Assembly (NCBI GenBank): GCA_043228905.1
Contig: JBHGNT010000022.1
Span: forward strand, 10,106,001 to 10,170,000
Direction of reading: 5' to 3'
Length of the DNA stretch: 64,000 nt
Source of the DNA: Azolla caroliniana
Taxonomy: Eukaryota; Plantae; Polypodiophyta
Within the stretch, counting starts at the first letter, position 1, and every line of letters begins with the position of its first letter. The notes under the pieces were generated by a model. That model was not told the origin of the DNA, ran no database searches, and saw nothing but the letters and a program-made list of their open reading frames with translations. Both the position numbers and the translations under genes were made by a program. Positions 25,623 through 38,110 of this stretch are shown here, piece after piece.

Positions 25623-26792
25623 ATGGCCACCGTTAGCGCTGAAGAGTATCAATCCGTTTTCTCGGAATTTCAATGCTTGAAAGAGAAGTTTCATGCTTTG
25701 GAACAAGAAAATCAACGCTTGTTGGGGGATCTTCAGCAAATTTCTTTAGAAAAGCAGCAAACGCAACAACAGCATGGGGAACTTGCGTTACGCGTGCAAC
25801 AACTCGAAGCAACCATCGTAGCAATGCAACAACAAGGGCACGGAGCACAAGGGATTCATAAAGAACCCAAGATTGGCCTTCCCACGAAGTTCGATGGAAC
25901 GCGATCGCAGTTTAGAGGGTTTCTTAACCAGGTACGGTTAGTTATTCAAATGCATCCGTCCCGATATCCCACCGATGCATCACGAGTGGGTTTAGTAGGC
26001 ACGTTGTTAAATGGCTCAGCATTAGCATGGTTCGCTCCGCTACTAGAAAAGGAATCTCCAGTACTAAATAATTTTGAAGAATTCATAAGTGAGTTTAAAG
26101 CATGTTTTGGAGATACTGACAGCATAAGGACTGCAATCAACAAAATCCGGCGATTACGCCAAGGTGACCGTCCAGCCTCCGCATATGCTGCAGATTTCCG
26201 CCTACTCGCCACCGATATCCCCTGGGATGATCAAGCATTGATGGAGCAGTTCCGCTATGGTCTACGCAACGATGTCAAGGATTTACTCTTGACTTTCCCT
26301 GAAGAGCCAAAATCATTAACAGAAGCAATCAGTCGAGCGGTCAGATGTGACAACCGCCTCTTCGAGCGACGTTCGGAACGACAATTTCAGATGCCGAGGG
26401 CAAGATCCGAGCCTACCTATGCCTCAGTGGTAGCGAAACCTTTTCAAAGGGAGTCACATAATGCGCCTCCAGTAAGTACTCCAACTCCAATGGAAATTGA
26501 CACTACACGTCGTCGTGGGCCGCTATCGGAGGAGGAAAAGCAACGACGCCGAACAAACCGATTATGCCTTTATTGCGGTGGACCAGGGCATATCGCGATA
26601 AACTGTCCCCATAGACCAAGAAGGCAGGTAAACCAAGTCATTGTTAGTTCTGACTATACTAAACCCGAGTCTATGTCAGTAGGAATCTCTGATAATCCTC
26701 ATAGTCATAATAGTCCTAATAGTACTAATAGTCCGAATCTCGCAAACAAATTTGATGTCCTTAGCCAATTAGAAGAAGAGTTAAACGACTAA
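25623..26792 (+). CDS. gag: Gag of H: N-terminal coiled coil, capsid-like domain, zinc knuckle
   Basis: 389-aa ORF; [31 protein letters not shown]. Confidence 0.95.
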   Translation: MATVSAEEYQSVFSEFQCLKEKFHALEQENQRLLGDLQQISLEKQQTQQQHGELALRVQQLEATIVAMQQQGHGAQGIHKEPKIGLPTKFDGTRSQFRGFLNQVRLVIQMHPSRYPTDASRVGLVGTLLNGSALAWFAPLLEKESPVLNNFEEFISEFKACFGDTDSIRTAINKIRRLRQGDRPASAYAADFRLLATDIPWDDQALMEQFRYGLRNDVKDLLLTFPEEPKSLTEAISRAVRCDNRLFERRSERQFQMPRARSEPTYASVVAKPFQRESHNAPPVSTPTPMEIDTTRRRGPLSEEEKQRRRTNRLCLYCGGPGHIAINCPHRPRRQVNQVIVSSDYTKPESMSVGISDNPHSHNSPNSTNSPNLANKFDVLSQLEEELND

Positions 26793-26832
26793 GTCCAGCC
26801 AAAATAGGAGCCGTTTGGTTGGACAGCCCTAG
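26780..26832 (+). other. Predicted -1 frameshift signal of H (G UUA AAC plus 11-bp stem); G copy at 41579-41634
   Basis: Heptamer in gag frame, 6-nt spacer, GTCCAGCCAAA/TTTGGTTGGAC stem. Confidence 0.78.
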
Positions 26833-29800
26833 ATCTGTGCAGCCCATTAGTGGTTCCATTCCCTCTAAGCAAGTTAGTGATGTGTTCGTAGTCCAAGTAG
26901 CAGTTAGTACTAAAAGTACCCCTCCAGTACATACCTTAGCCCTTCTAGATTCCGGAGCTAATTCTTGCTTCATGGATAGGAATTTTGCCCGAGCTCATCA
27001 GATATCTCTCAGAAAGCTCCCATGTCCAGCCTCAGTAGTAGTCATTGATGGTCGTCCCATTGCTTCTGGTAATATCATAGAAGAGTCGGAACCCGTTAAT
27101 ATTGTCCTAGATAACTTAACATGTGTAGTATCATTTAATATTATTAGTATTCCAGAACATCCCATAGTTTTAGGATTACCATGGTTCGAGTTACATGACC
27201 CAGACATAGATTGGAGGACAAGGGAAATCCGGTTGCGACAAACCCAAGGATCTACCCAGAAGGTTGCAACCATTTCGCTACGTCAGTTGCGTGAGGAAGG
27301 GCGCAAGGAGGAAATGTTTCTCTTTGCAATATCAGTACAACCCTCCAGCACCACCAAAGAGGAGTCCACCGTTCAACTTCCCGAGAAGTATCGTCAGTAT
27401 GCTGATGTGTTCGATAAAGTACAAGCCAACACACTTCCTCATCATCGGCCGTACGACTGCGCCATCGACTTACAACCGGGAAAAGAGCCGCCATGGGGGC
27501 CGATCTACAATTTGTCACCAACCGAGCTAGAAGTCCTTCGAGCCTATATAGAGGAGAATTTGGAGAACGGTTTCATTCGGCATTCGAAATCTCCAGCCGG
27601 CGCACCCATTTTCTTCGTCAAGAAAAAAGATGGCTCGCTTCGACTCGTTGTAGATTACCGTGGCTTGAATAAGGTCACAGTAAGAAATAGGTATGCTCTT
27701 CCCCTTATCTCAAGTCTTTTAGAACGGATCAACGGTGCCAGGTTCTTCACGAAGATCGACTTACGAGGAGCCTATAACCTCGTACGGATCCGACCAGGAG
27801 ATGAATGGAAGACCGCGTTTCGCACCAGATATGGGCACTTCGAGTATACGGTCATGCCGTTCGGACTCACTAATGCGCCGGCAGTCTTCCAGCACATGGC
27901 GAATGATATATTTCGAGATCTCTTGGATGATTTTTTGATCATCTATTTGGATGATCTACTGGTTTATTCAAAGACCCAAGAAGAACATGATTCTCATGTA
28001 CTATTAGTACTAAAACGACTTCGAGAACATGGTCTGTATGCAAAGTTAGAGAAATGTAGTTTCGGGTGCAACCAAGTGGAGTTTCTCGGCTATGTCATCT
28101 CCTCAGAAGGCATATCTATGGACCCAGCCAAGGTCAAAACGGTGATAGAATGGCACACTCCGCGTTCGGTGCGGGATGTGCAATGCTTCCTAGGCTTTGC
28201 AAATTTCTACCGGAAGTTCATACAAAATTACTCAAAAATTGTGCTGCCTCTCACACAGCTCACCAGGAAGGGACAATCATTCATTTGGTCTAAAGAGACG
28301 GACATGGCTTTCGAGAGTCTTAAGAAGGCGTTTACATCAGCTCCAATTTTAGGTCATGTGGATCCGGAAAAACCATTCATTATCGAAGCTGATGCATCGG
28401 ATTTCGCATTGGGGAGCATTCTGTCACAACAGGGTAACGATGAGAAGCTACATCCTGTGGCTTTCCACTCCCGTAAGTTTGACGCCGCCGAAATCAACTA
28501 CGAAATTCATGATAAAGAGCTATTAGCAATAGTTGATTCTTTTATGCAATGGAGGCATTTCCTGGAGGGATCTCCTCATCAGGTCACTGTATTCAGTGAC
28601 CACAAGAACCTTGCCTACTTTCAAGATGCTCGTGTACTGAATCGACGTCAAGCTCGGTGGGCCCATTTCCTCACACGCTTCGACTTCAAAATTACATATC
28701 GTCCGGGGAAGCACCAAGGGAAGGCAGATGCATTATCACGGCGTTCGTATCTAACACCACGTCCCGGTGAGCCAGCTTTCGATAACCAGAAGCAAGTAAT
28801 CTTGGGTCCAGCACGACTGCAAGCAGCACAGATCTTTGACATGCCCGTGGATTCCGACATTACCAATACTATACGTGAGGACTTGAAGACTGACGCTTTC
28901 GCCCAAGCTATACTAGCACAAATTGACCCCTCTCGAGCGTCATGTTCACAATCACAATCACCAGGTACGGATTATCGGCAATTCAAATACTGTGATGGAT
29001 TACTCTTCTTTAAAGAACTTTTGTATGTTCCTAATGGTTCTTGCCGCCTTCGAGTAGTACAAAACTGCCATGACACATATACAGCAGGACATTTTGGTAG
29101 TACTAAAACATTAGATTTAGTACAACGATCATTCTGGTGGCCCCGTATGCGACAATTTGTCGAAGATTTTGTTCGGACTTGCGATACATGCTGCAGAGCG
29201 AAAATGCCAAGACATCATCCATATGGTTTATTAGAACCATTACCAATTCCAAGCAAGCCATGGCAATCCATTGCTCTTGACTTCATTACAGATCTTCCAG
29301 TCTCTAAGGGATTCAGTGCGATTCTCACAGTGGTGGATCGATATACGAAGATGGCTCATTTCTTACCATGTACTAAAGAAATATCTAGTGAAGACACCGC
29401 CGAAATTGTCATGCGGGAAGTATGTCGGCATCATGGACTCCCTGATAATATCATCAGCGATCGTGGACCCCAGTTTGTGTCAAAATTCTGGAAGCACCTT
29501 TTTAAAATGCTGAAGGTCACTTGTAACCTCTCCTCCGGCTACCACCCACAAACCGACGGTCAAGCCGAACGAACAAATCAAACACTGGAGCAGTATCTGC
29601 GGTGCTTTCTCAACTATCATCAGAATGACTGGGCAGATATTCTTCAGTTCGCCGAATTTGCCTATAATAACGCTATCCACGCATCGACTAAAGTCACGCC
29701 ATTCTACGCTTATACGGGATATCATCCCCGGTGGTGTGTCCTTGAAACCCCAGAAGTGTCCACAAATCCTTGCGCGGAGGATCGTTTGGAGCGGTTACGC

Positions 29801-30376
29801 AAGATACAAGCGGATTTATCTACTCAACTCCAGCAAGCTCAACAATCACACAAGGACTACGCAGATCGTCATCGACTTCCATCCAGTTTTAACATTGGAG
29901 ATCGGGTGTGGCTGCTACGACGACACATCAAGACTACTCGCCCATGTGAGAAGTTGGATTATCGACGATTAGGTCCTTTCCGTATTATCGGGAAGATTAA
30001 TGATGTCGCTTTTCGTCTCGAGCTACCTCCGCAACTTCGGATACACCCGGTGTTTCATAGTTCTCTCCTCGAACCCTATCACGAGAGCACTATCCCAGGA
30101 CGTACTATACAACCTCCACCTCCTATCGAGCTCGAAGATGGACCTGAGTATGAGGTCGCTGCCATCCTCGATTCCAAGATTGTTCGCAACAAGCTCTACT
30201 ATCTAGTCGATTGGCTAGGATATAGTCCCAGCGAGCGTACTTGGGAACCGATCGAGAATGTGACCAATGCTCGTGCTCTTCTAGAAGACTTCCATCGACG
30301 ATATCCCGAGAAACCGGGTCCTCAATCCAAAACGACTCGTGAAACTCGTCGTTTTAAAGGGGGGATAGTGTCATAA
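26786..30376 (+). CDS. pol: Pol of H (PR-RT-RNase H-IN-chromodomain), -1 frame relative to gag
   Basis: [32 protein letters not shown] motif, chromodomain EYEVAAILDSK...YYLVDWLGYSPSERTWEP. Confidence 0.96.
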   Translation, partial: RLSPAKIGAVWLDSPRSVQPISGSIPSKQVSDVFVVQVAVSTKSTPPVHTLALLDSGANSCFMDRNFARAHQISLRKLPCPASVVVIDGRPIASGNIIEESEPVNIVLDNLTCVVSFNIISIPEHPIVLGLPWFELHDPDIDWRTREIRLRQTQGSTQKVATISLRQLREEGRKEEMFLFAISVQPSSTTKEESTVQLPEKYRQYADVFDKVQANTLPHHRPYDCAIDLQPGKEPPWGPIYNLSPTELEVLRAYIEENLENGFIRHSKSPAGAPIFFVKKKDGSLRLVVDYRGLNKVTVRNRYALPLISSLLERINGARFFTKIDLRGAYNLVRIRPGDEWKTAFRTRYGHFEYTVMPFGLTNAPAVFQHMANDIFRDLLDDFLIIYLDDLLVYSKTQEEHDSHVLLVLKRLREHGLYAKLEKCSFGCNQVEFLGYVISSEGISMDPAKVKTVIEWHTPRSVRDVQCFLGFANFYRKFIQNYSKIVLPLTQLTRKGQSFIWSKETDMAFESLKKAFTSAPILGHVDPEKPFIIEADASDFALGSILSQQGNDEKLHPVAFHSRKFDAAEINYEIHDKELLAIVDSFMQWRHFLEGSPHQVTVFSDHKNLAYFQDARVLNRRQARWAHFLTRFDFKITYRPGKHQGKADALSRRSYLTPRPGEPAFDNQKQVILGPARLQAAQIFDMPVDSDITNTIREDLKTDAFAQAILAQIDPSRASCSQSQSPGTDYRQFKYCDGLLFFKELLYVPNGSCRLRVVQNCHDTYTAGHFGSTKTLDLVQRSFWWPRMRQFVEDFVRTCDTCCRAKMPRHHPYGLLEPLPIPSKPWQSIALDFITDLPVSKGFSAILTVVDRYTKMAHFLPCTKEISSEDTAEIVMREVCRHHGLPDNIISDRGPQFVSKFWKHLFKMLKVTCNLSSGYHPQTDGQAERTNQTLEQYLRCFLNYHQNDWADILQFAEFAYNNAIHASTKVTPFYAYTGYHPRWCVLETPEVSTNPCAEDRLERLRKIQADLSTQLQQAQQSHKDYADRHRLPSSFNIGDRVWLLRRHIKTTRPCEKLDYRRLGPFRIIGKINDVAFRLELPPQLRIHPVFHSSLLEPYHESTIPGRTIQPPPPIELEDGPEYEVAAILDSKIVRNKLYYLVDWLGYSPSERTWEPIENVTNARALLEDFHRRYPEKPGPQSKTTRETRRFKGGIVS

Positions 30377-30658
30377 CTAGACTCGAACCCATAACCTTTT
30401 GTTACACGGGTCGAGACTTTACCATTAGGTTATGAGTTGTAATTTGAAGGATATTATTTTCATTTAGGTTTTATTAGGAAATTGATGTATATTCCAGATT
30501 TCTCTGGAACATTCTAGAAACTTCAGGAGTATTCCTGAAGACACTATAAAAGGAGGCGCAAGGCATTAGTTCGAACCAAATCGGTTCAACGCCAGTCTTA
30601 AGCCTTCTAACTACTGTTGTATATCTTCCGTCATATAATACATATATCTTTCGCATCA

Positions 30659-30694
<36 letters not shown>

Positions 30695-31454
30695 ACTCAT
30701 TCCTTCTCTCAAAGTTCGACACCTCTCATAGTACTAATCCTTCTCTGTCTTAGTACTATTCCCCAACAATAGTACTAATCCTTCTTTTAGTACTAATTCC
30801 TTCTCTGCCTTAATAGAGTTCCTGACAGCGGCCTATCACTCCCGGACGAAGCACATCCAGCGAAGATATCACTGGATCCGGGAAAGGATAGAAGACGAGG
30901 AGTTCGTGCTGACGAAGATCCACACGGACGAGAACGGGTCGGATATGCTAACCAAGGTGCTCACACCCAACAAGCTGGAAGCATGCCGGAAGAGGATCGG
31001 ATTGGAGAGACATCCCATGCCGAAGTGAAGGGGGAGTTTGTTGGGATTTCGGTCCCTCCGGATGGGATGTCCGGAGATGAATGACGGCAAGCCCGGTTGC
31101 GGTTACGGAACCGGATGATGAGGAATACCCGGTATGAAGCCGGATGAAGAGTACCCGGATACGGATCCGGATGATGAAGTACCCGGATACGGATCCGGAT
31201 GATGAAGACCCCGGCTACGGAGCCGGATGCTGAAGACCCCGACTACGGAGCCGGATGACGAATGTACCCGGAGAGAGATCCGGACGCGGTGACATATTTG
31301 TGAATATGTTTTGCCAAGAGCCCTTGAGGCTATATTTGTAAATAGCCCGAAAGTCATATGTGTATAAATATGACTTAGGGCAAACAGTTAGTGGTTGTTG
31401 CTCATTTTTCTGTGTATCGCCACTCTTATGTGTGAAAGAGAGTGAAGAGAGCAG

Positions 31455-31487
<33 letters not shown>

Positions 31488-32429
31488 GAAGAGGTCGTTG
31501 CCTCTGTGTTTTACCGCCGCCTGTGGCGAAGACAACGAGCTCGAGGTCGTTGCCTTGTAGCTTCACCATTGTACATCTCTGTTTATAGTGATCGTTGGAG
31601 TTTGAGGACTCCCGTGGTTTTTCCCCATTTAGGGTTTTCCACGTAAAACATCCAGTGTACCTTTCTCTCTATTGTCCCCGTGCACTTCGTATTTCCTGTT
31701 TTCTGTGAGTTGATCCTATTCCTCGGTTGTGGCCGAGCACTGTTTTTCAACAGGTGCAAGGTTCGAATCCTTACTTGCCCTCCTTGTATATGTAAATATG
31801 TATATATATTTATATATTTATTTATCTAGTCGCCGGATACCGTTGGTTACCGGTGCCTCGCCGGATGCCGTCGTCGGTTGCCGCCGGATACCGGTGCCGT
31901 CACCGGATGCCGCCGTCTCACTGGCGCCGGATGTCGTCGCCGTCGGTTTCCGTTGCCGGTTGCCGCCGGATCACTGGCTCTATCGCCGGTCCGGTTTTGG
32001 TTGGCCAAAACCCTTTACGAGTAGCTAGCCCACCTCCACTCTTAGTTTAAGTTACCTTGAACTCTCTATGCTCCACACATAGACACAAAGATAATATCTT
32101 TTGCTCTACCTTATATATGATGAGAGCCGTATTTATCGTGCCTATGTGGGATATCTCACAATTTTCTCTTTTCCTTTCACAAACTTTATACCCTCATATC
32201 TTGACATTTAGTTGTCCGTTTCTCGTGTAATAAAGTGCATTCGAAACCTCCATCATTTTGTACTTAGATATTAAATTTATTTAAAATGTTATCTTCACAA
32301 TTATTGTATTATGTGATTCATACTCGATTTCGTACGTTTTATGGGATTTTCACACTATTGCCGAAAATCTTCACGACATCCACCCCCACCAAACCGCACG
32401 TCCTCCGGTACGTGCCAAGAAGAGAGAAA

Positions 32430-35400
32430 GTGAGATTTCGGCTACGATGATCAATTAGATTCCTCCATGTCTTCATTTTCATCCGCCCTGTTATGTTCAT
32501 CGTCGAGGTAATCGAGGTCAGGATCCTTGTCTTGTCTTTTCTTGAAAATCTTTACTCTTTTTCCCGCAATGGGTACAGCTTACCTTGATCCGTCTAATTC
32601 CGCAAGGTGGTATGTGGCATTATCGTTGGCACTTGTCACCACATACGACCCAAACCATCTTCTTGAGAACTTCCTTGTTGTACTATGTTGATTGTCAAGA
32701 GTGCTGTCGTAAACCAAAACCCAATCCCCTTCTTCAATCTTCTTGGGACGAAGTCAATGCGTGTTGTCGAACCGAACTTTGTTCTTTACTCGGGCTGCCT
32801 TCATCATCTTTCGCGCTTTTTCTAAATCTTCAGGTCTTCTTTCAAGTTGCCTTATCTGCACCGCTAATAACTCTTCTCGACTCATCTCGTTCTCCCACGG
32901 TATCGCTACCCATGAGGCGATCGTCCTTTCGATGGGCATAATCGGCTTTTTTCCATACATAAGCTCCGTCGGCATATGCCCTGTCACCGAGCTATGTGTC
33001 GTTCTATCGGCCCACAAGGCATAGGGTAATAGTCGTGGCCAATTCCCGACTCGACCGTTGCATGCCCCTACGATGGCTTTAACGATAGGTCCATGCCCTC
33101 GCTCGATCTTCCCATTTGCTTCCGGATTGTAGGCAGTCGTGAGGGAGAGCTTCACGCCTAGTCTTTCGAAGAGCTCCGTCGCTTCGTGCGCGTCCAACTC
33201 CCCTCGGTCGGTCACTATCTTCCCTACACATCCATATCGGCAAACAACATCTTCAAGTAAAAATTTACAAACGGCTAAAGTCGTCTTATTTGTCAAGGCT
33301 CGTCCTTCCACTTGATTTGTCAAGTCTTCCCTTGCCAGCGCTAAGTACTTCATTTGTTCCACTCCCATTGGCATCGAGACCAGATCCACCATCCATTTGA
33401 AGTGTATGGTGAGTGGGTATGTCGGCTTTAACTCATCACGATGACGTATATTTGAATATATTTGGCAAGTTTCGCATGTGGACACGAAATGGAGTACATC
33501 TTTGTACATGCTTGGCCACCAGTACTTCTCCTTCAACTTTTCGAATGTCACCCATGTTCCTCTATGACCTGCCCAAGCACTCTCGTGGAATTCGGTCATC
33601 AGCGTCTCTTGCTCTTCTTTCTTTACCACCACTCGACGTGGTATTCCTGTCCTTCTTTTTGGATGTCGCCAAAGGAATCCTCCCTTCAAGAAGTATCGGT
33701 AAGCTTTCTTTCGGATTCGTAGGGCCTCCTCCTTTGTCAACAAAGCATCTGTCGTCAATGTTCTTAGGAATCTACCGATGAGTAACCACTCTCCTTCGTA
33801 CTCGTTCTCGTTGAAGGCGTGGAGGGTTTGCGTGTCCTGGTCTTCCGCCGACAATCGAGCCATCTTGAAGAAGTCGAGGGCGACATCTTTATCTTCTGAA
33901 ACCATGTTACTTCCGTTTGAAAATCTTGCCCTCGATAGCATGTCAGCCATGGCGTTCTTCTTCCCTGCAATGTGACGGATCTCTGGGTTTAAAGACTTGA
34001 TGTAGGCGATCCATCTTAGCATAGCAAGATCTGGGGTCGCACATCCCGAGACCATTCCGAGAATTGGGAGACAATCTGTCTCTATTATCACTTCTGACCC
34101 GATCAGGTAATCTTTGTCCGTCTTCACTGCCGACACAATACCCCAAAGTTCCCACTTGACTTGGGCATATCTTTGTTGCCGTTCGCTGAGAACCTTTGCT
34201 CCGAACCGGACGGCATATCGCGCATTATCTTCACCTTCTTGATTGATGACCCACCCGATTCCGGTTGGGCTCGTATCTACGGTCATGTAAATTGGTTTCC
34301 CTTCGGCATAGTCGGCCTTCCTTAGTGCCGGAGCTTCAAGAAGCAGTTTCTTTAATCTTCGCATCGCCTTTGTGTGCTCGTCTCGTCATTCGAACTTTAT
34401 TCTTTTCTTTAGTAGTCCATATAACGGTTCGGCGACATGAGCGTAGTGAGGAATCCATATATGATAAAATGCGCACGCTCCAAGGAACCTTCGAACCTCC
34501 GTTTGGTTTTCGCATTCTTTTTTCATGTCTTGGATTGCGTTCACTTTGGATGGCGAGGGCTTCCGGCCGTATGCTCCACACAAGTGACCTACCACCAAGA
34601 TCTCCGGTTGCCCGAATGCGGATTTTTCTCCCGAAAATGTCAAATTCGCATCTTCGAGCCTTTAAAGCACCTTCTCGCAATCTTTCATATGATCCGCAAC
34701 GAACTTTCTACAACCTTCCTTATCTTTCGATTTATCTTTCTCCTCATCCGAACATCCTTTTATTGGAATATCATCCAAGAATGGCATCGTGATGTCCGGA
34801 ATGCAATCCTTCAAGACTTTATTCATGGCATTCACCATATGAGCCACCGAGTTCGTTGCGCCTTGGGGTAAGGTACACATCCGCACAAGCCCAATCGGAG
34901 TCCTCATGGTTGTAATGTCCCGACTGTCGATCGCCAATTGGAATTGGTCATATCCGGAGTAGAGATTGCCAATGGAGTAGATGGACCGGCCCGCAAACGC
35001 TTCGGCAAATTCGTCCACGCTCGGACCGATTCCGACATTTCAAATTGTCACCTTGTTGACGGGTTGAAGATCTTGGATGAATCACAATGATCCATTCTTC
35101 TTCGGCACCGTGAACCACCTATTGGAATAAGGAGCATTCGACGGTTCTAGAATTCCCATACTCACCTTCTCCTTTAAGAGCTCGATCAGCTTCGGAAGGT
35201 GTGCTCTCGGAACCGGTATCGGTTTCAAATTCCAAGGCACATGAGGCACCGTGAAGATCACCATCGGCTCTATAACCTTTGGGTCGGCGCATCCGATTTC
35301 TCGTGGGAAGAATGCGAAAGCCTTCCCATGTCTCTCAAGCCTATCGCGAAACATTCGCTCCTCTTCAGGGAGAAGGAAATCCTCCTTTCCAACTCGTAGC

Positions 35401-35938
35401 TTCCCCTTCGTCTCTTTGGTGAAGATATGACCTATCTTCTTCGGATCTCTTAAGCTTGGATCGTTAGCGACTTCCTTCATCTTTTGCCAGCTATCTTCCG
35501 GTAGCGGAACCGCAACTGGCTTGATCTTCTTATCCACTGTTTTATATTTCGTGTTGATGTCAGCTTCCTTCATCGAGATGCCACAACGGTATTCATCGAT
35601 GATAGCGTACATGTTGACGGAGTTAACCGAAATCACGCGTTGGTTGTGAAGATAGCTCAAGTCCACGACGTCCTCGATTTCGCCGATGGTGTCGTTAAAT
35701 GAGGCTTCTTCCATAATATGAGTCACGAACTCTCCTTCTTCTATTATGTTCTCTTCTTTCAGCATCTTCTCAAATTCTTGTATCCGGTGCTTGTGCTTCT
35801 TGTCGGGTAGTACTAGTTTACATGCGCCACTAGGTGTGACACATGTTGCTTCTCCTCGCAATCCACGCACTCTTCTTTCTTGTGGGGTCTTGTGATTGCT
35901 CGGACTATTTGTGCCCCATGCTTCAATAGTCCGCTCTA
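32430..35938 (-). pseudogene. pol: Pol (RT-RNase H-integrase) of element E
   Basis: ORFs 35082-35870, 34662-35018, 34386-34643, 32754-34364; LPQGATNS, FLDD, VDTSPTGIG, HESAWAGH...CETC. Confidence 0.95.
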
Positions 35939-35945
35939 AAAATCC
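35883..35945 (-). other. Predicted -1 frameshift signal of E
   Basis: GGATTTT then TAG; stem CGGACTATT/AATAGTCCG; loop TGGGG pairs with downstream CCCCA. Confidence 0.8.
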
Positions 35946-38110
35946 GAGGATTCACCTCCGAGACTATCTCGATTCCTTTCATGATTGGCTCGCACCGTTA
36001 GGAATTGGACCGATCTTTGGTTGTCAAGACTCTTTATTTGTGCGAAGGCTGCTCCATTATCGAACACTTTGGTCTCCATCCGAGATGATGTGATATAAGG
36101 TTGCCCTAGGATGACATGATGCGACGTCGATTCTTGTACGAAGAAGTGTTGATCCATCTCCACATCCCCGATCGTGACTTTGACATTGGGACAAGCTCCA
36201 TACAAATCCTCCGTAGACTTTGTTGCCGCGCGAATCTTTCATCCGTGGTTTGTATTGATTGGCCATCTTCCTTTTTTGTAGAAGTCGGTTGACATGAGGT
36301 TGATCTCCGAGCCATGGTCGATCAAGGTTACCACGGTCTCTTTCTTCTCCCCGATCTTCACCGGCGTCTTCGTTGTCGCTCGTGCCCAATGAGGTCAAGT
36401 GTGGTGGTTGTCCACCATATCTTCATCGATTTCGTCTCTTGCCATCGTTATGGCATTCGTTTTTGCTTTTTGCGGCTTCTCTTCTTCCTCGTCCGATTGT
36501 TGTCTCTTTCTCTTTACAAGGTCCACGATCGTGTCATGGAACTCCTTCTTCGTAATGCCAAGCAATTCCCTCAAGGACAAAGTTACGTGGCTATCAAGAA
36601 CTCGTTCTTCGAGAATCTTCTTTAGGTCTGTCGTCTGCTCTATGTCCGACCTTAGCTTATAGGTAGGTATGGTCCTTGTCCTCCGAGCGGGGTCTTCGAC
36701 ACCAACCTTCACGGGCCGAACCGTTTCTTCAACTCGTATGCTCGGCTCCACTTTTCGGCTTGATTCTCGTTCCTCCGTTTGTAAAGGTCGACTCGTCTCC
36801 ACATCGTCCTTGTTTTTCGCGTTCCTTGTTTCATGTCTTTTTGATGGCCCTTGCTCTTCTATTCTCTTTCTCTTTTCTTTGACGAACACCTCGTGGTTGT
36901 CGCACATCACCTCTGCGAGTATGGTGTTGTCGTCCATCGGATCCGACCACCCGGTTATGCTTTGCATGCTTCGGTCCGCAAGCTCTACCTCGTTCGATGT
37001 GATTTTTCCCTTCTTCTCATATTCGAGAACGGAAGTCCAAAACTTTGCTCCCGCTCTAGCAGCTTCAGTCTGGTCTTTCCCGACTCTTATTCCGGCCGAC
37101 GCAGCATAGTGCATCGCATCCACATGAGTCGCATCGGCATCCTCCATAGATCTCTTCATTCCTCCTCTTCCGAAATTCACCAGTAGGGGTCTTCTAGTCT
37201 CGCTTGAGTAGATCATGTTGTCCTCTATGTATACGATATTTTGTCGAATCGCCTCTCGAAGGCTCGCACAATCCCTTCTCATGTGGTCCATGCTATCGCA
37301 CCACACGCATCTAAAGGGTTCTTTTCCTTTAGGGCCCCGATGATTCATGTTGGCTAGCGTGACCTTCTCGAACTTCTTCGCTAGCTCTTCAATGATGTCG
37401 TCATCAATCTTCTTTTCTTCCACGTTACTTTGTCTTGGCGGCTTAGCTACTTTCGGCGGTCTTGCTTTCTCCGTGGTAGTCGATCCCGTCAAGTCGGTGT
37501 CATCAACCCATTGGCGACGCTTGTCGAGCCTATTGCATGCCCGCTTCAACGCGATCCAATCCGCTACAAGCCCATTTGCTTGGGTATCATCTTCGAGAAG
37601 CGTCCCCAACTCCCGTCTATCCTTTATGTCCACGGCCTTCAAGAAGTACAAAGTCTTGTCCTCTTCAAGCAATACTTGGTCCGTATTGGGGAGACGACTA
37701 AACATCTGGTCGAATTCGTCGTACACCCTCGAGACGCTCATCTTCTTATTCTTCTTCTCTATCCACTTCATCAGGGCATGTCGAGTCATCCTCGTGGAGT
37801 CTTCAGTCACGAACTCCGCTAGTATCGTTTTCTCGAACTCGAACCATGTTGTCTTACCTTCTTGAAGCTCGATGATGCGTCTTTGGATGTTGTTGGCGAC
37901 AACTCTCTTGAAGCTTGCGATTTGACGTGCCTCGGATAGGTCCCTCTGATTCATCTCCCTTCTATATGCATCAAGGAACTTCGTAATGTTCCTTCCATCG
38001 AATTGGCCCTCGAGCTCTACGACACGATCGACAGCCTTCTCCATGCTTGCGTCGTTGTCCCGAGATCTCATAAATTGCTCGACGATTAGCATCATCCTTT
38101 CGAGCGTCGT
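35936..38110 (-). pseudogene. gag: Gag-protease of element E
   Basis: ORFs 36395-38179 and 35936-36205; zinc knuckle CVWCDSMDHMRRDC; LIDHGSEINLM by hand translation near 36320; internal stops. Confidence 0.9.

Larger units (their letters stand above)
25075..30827 (+). mobile_element. Chromovirus H (Tcn1 or Tf1/sushi-like Gypsy), apparently intact
   Basis: 459-bp LTRs 25075-25533 and 30369-30827 with no difference seen; TSD GCGGC; PPT AAAGGGGGGATAG; non-tRNA PBS; open gag and pol. Confidence 0.97.
20444..31752 (+). mobile_element. Young Tork/Tnt1-like Copia element I, inserted in the 3' LTR of E
   Basis: LTRs 20444-21165 and 31039-31752 differ by about 3 substitutions and the (GA)n length; PBS tRNA-iMet 21169-21180; TSD GGTGC at 20439-20443 and 31753-31757. 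Confidence 0.97.
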
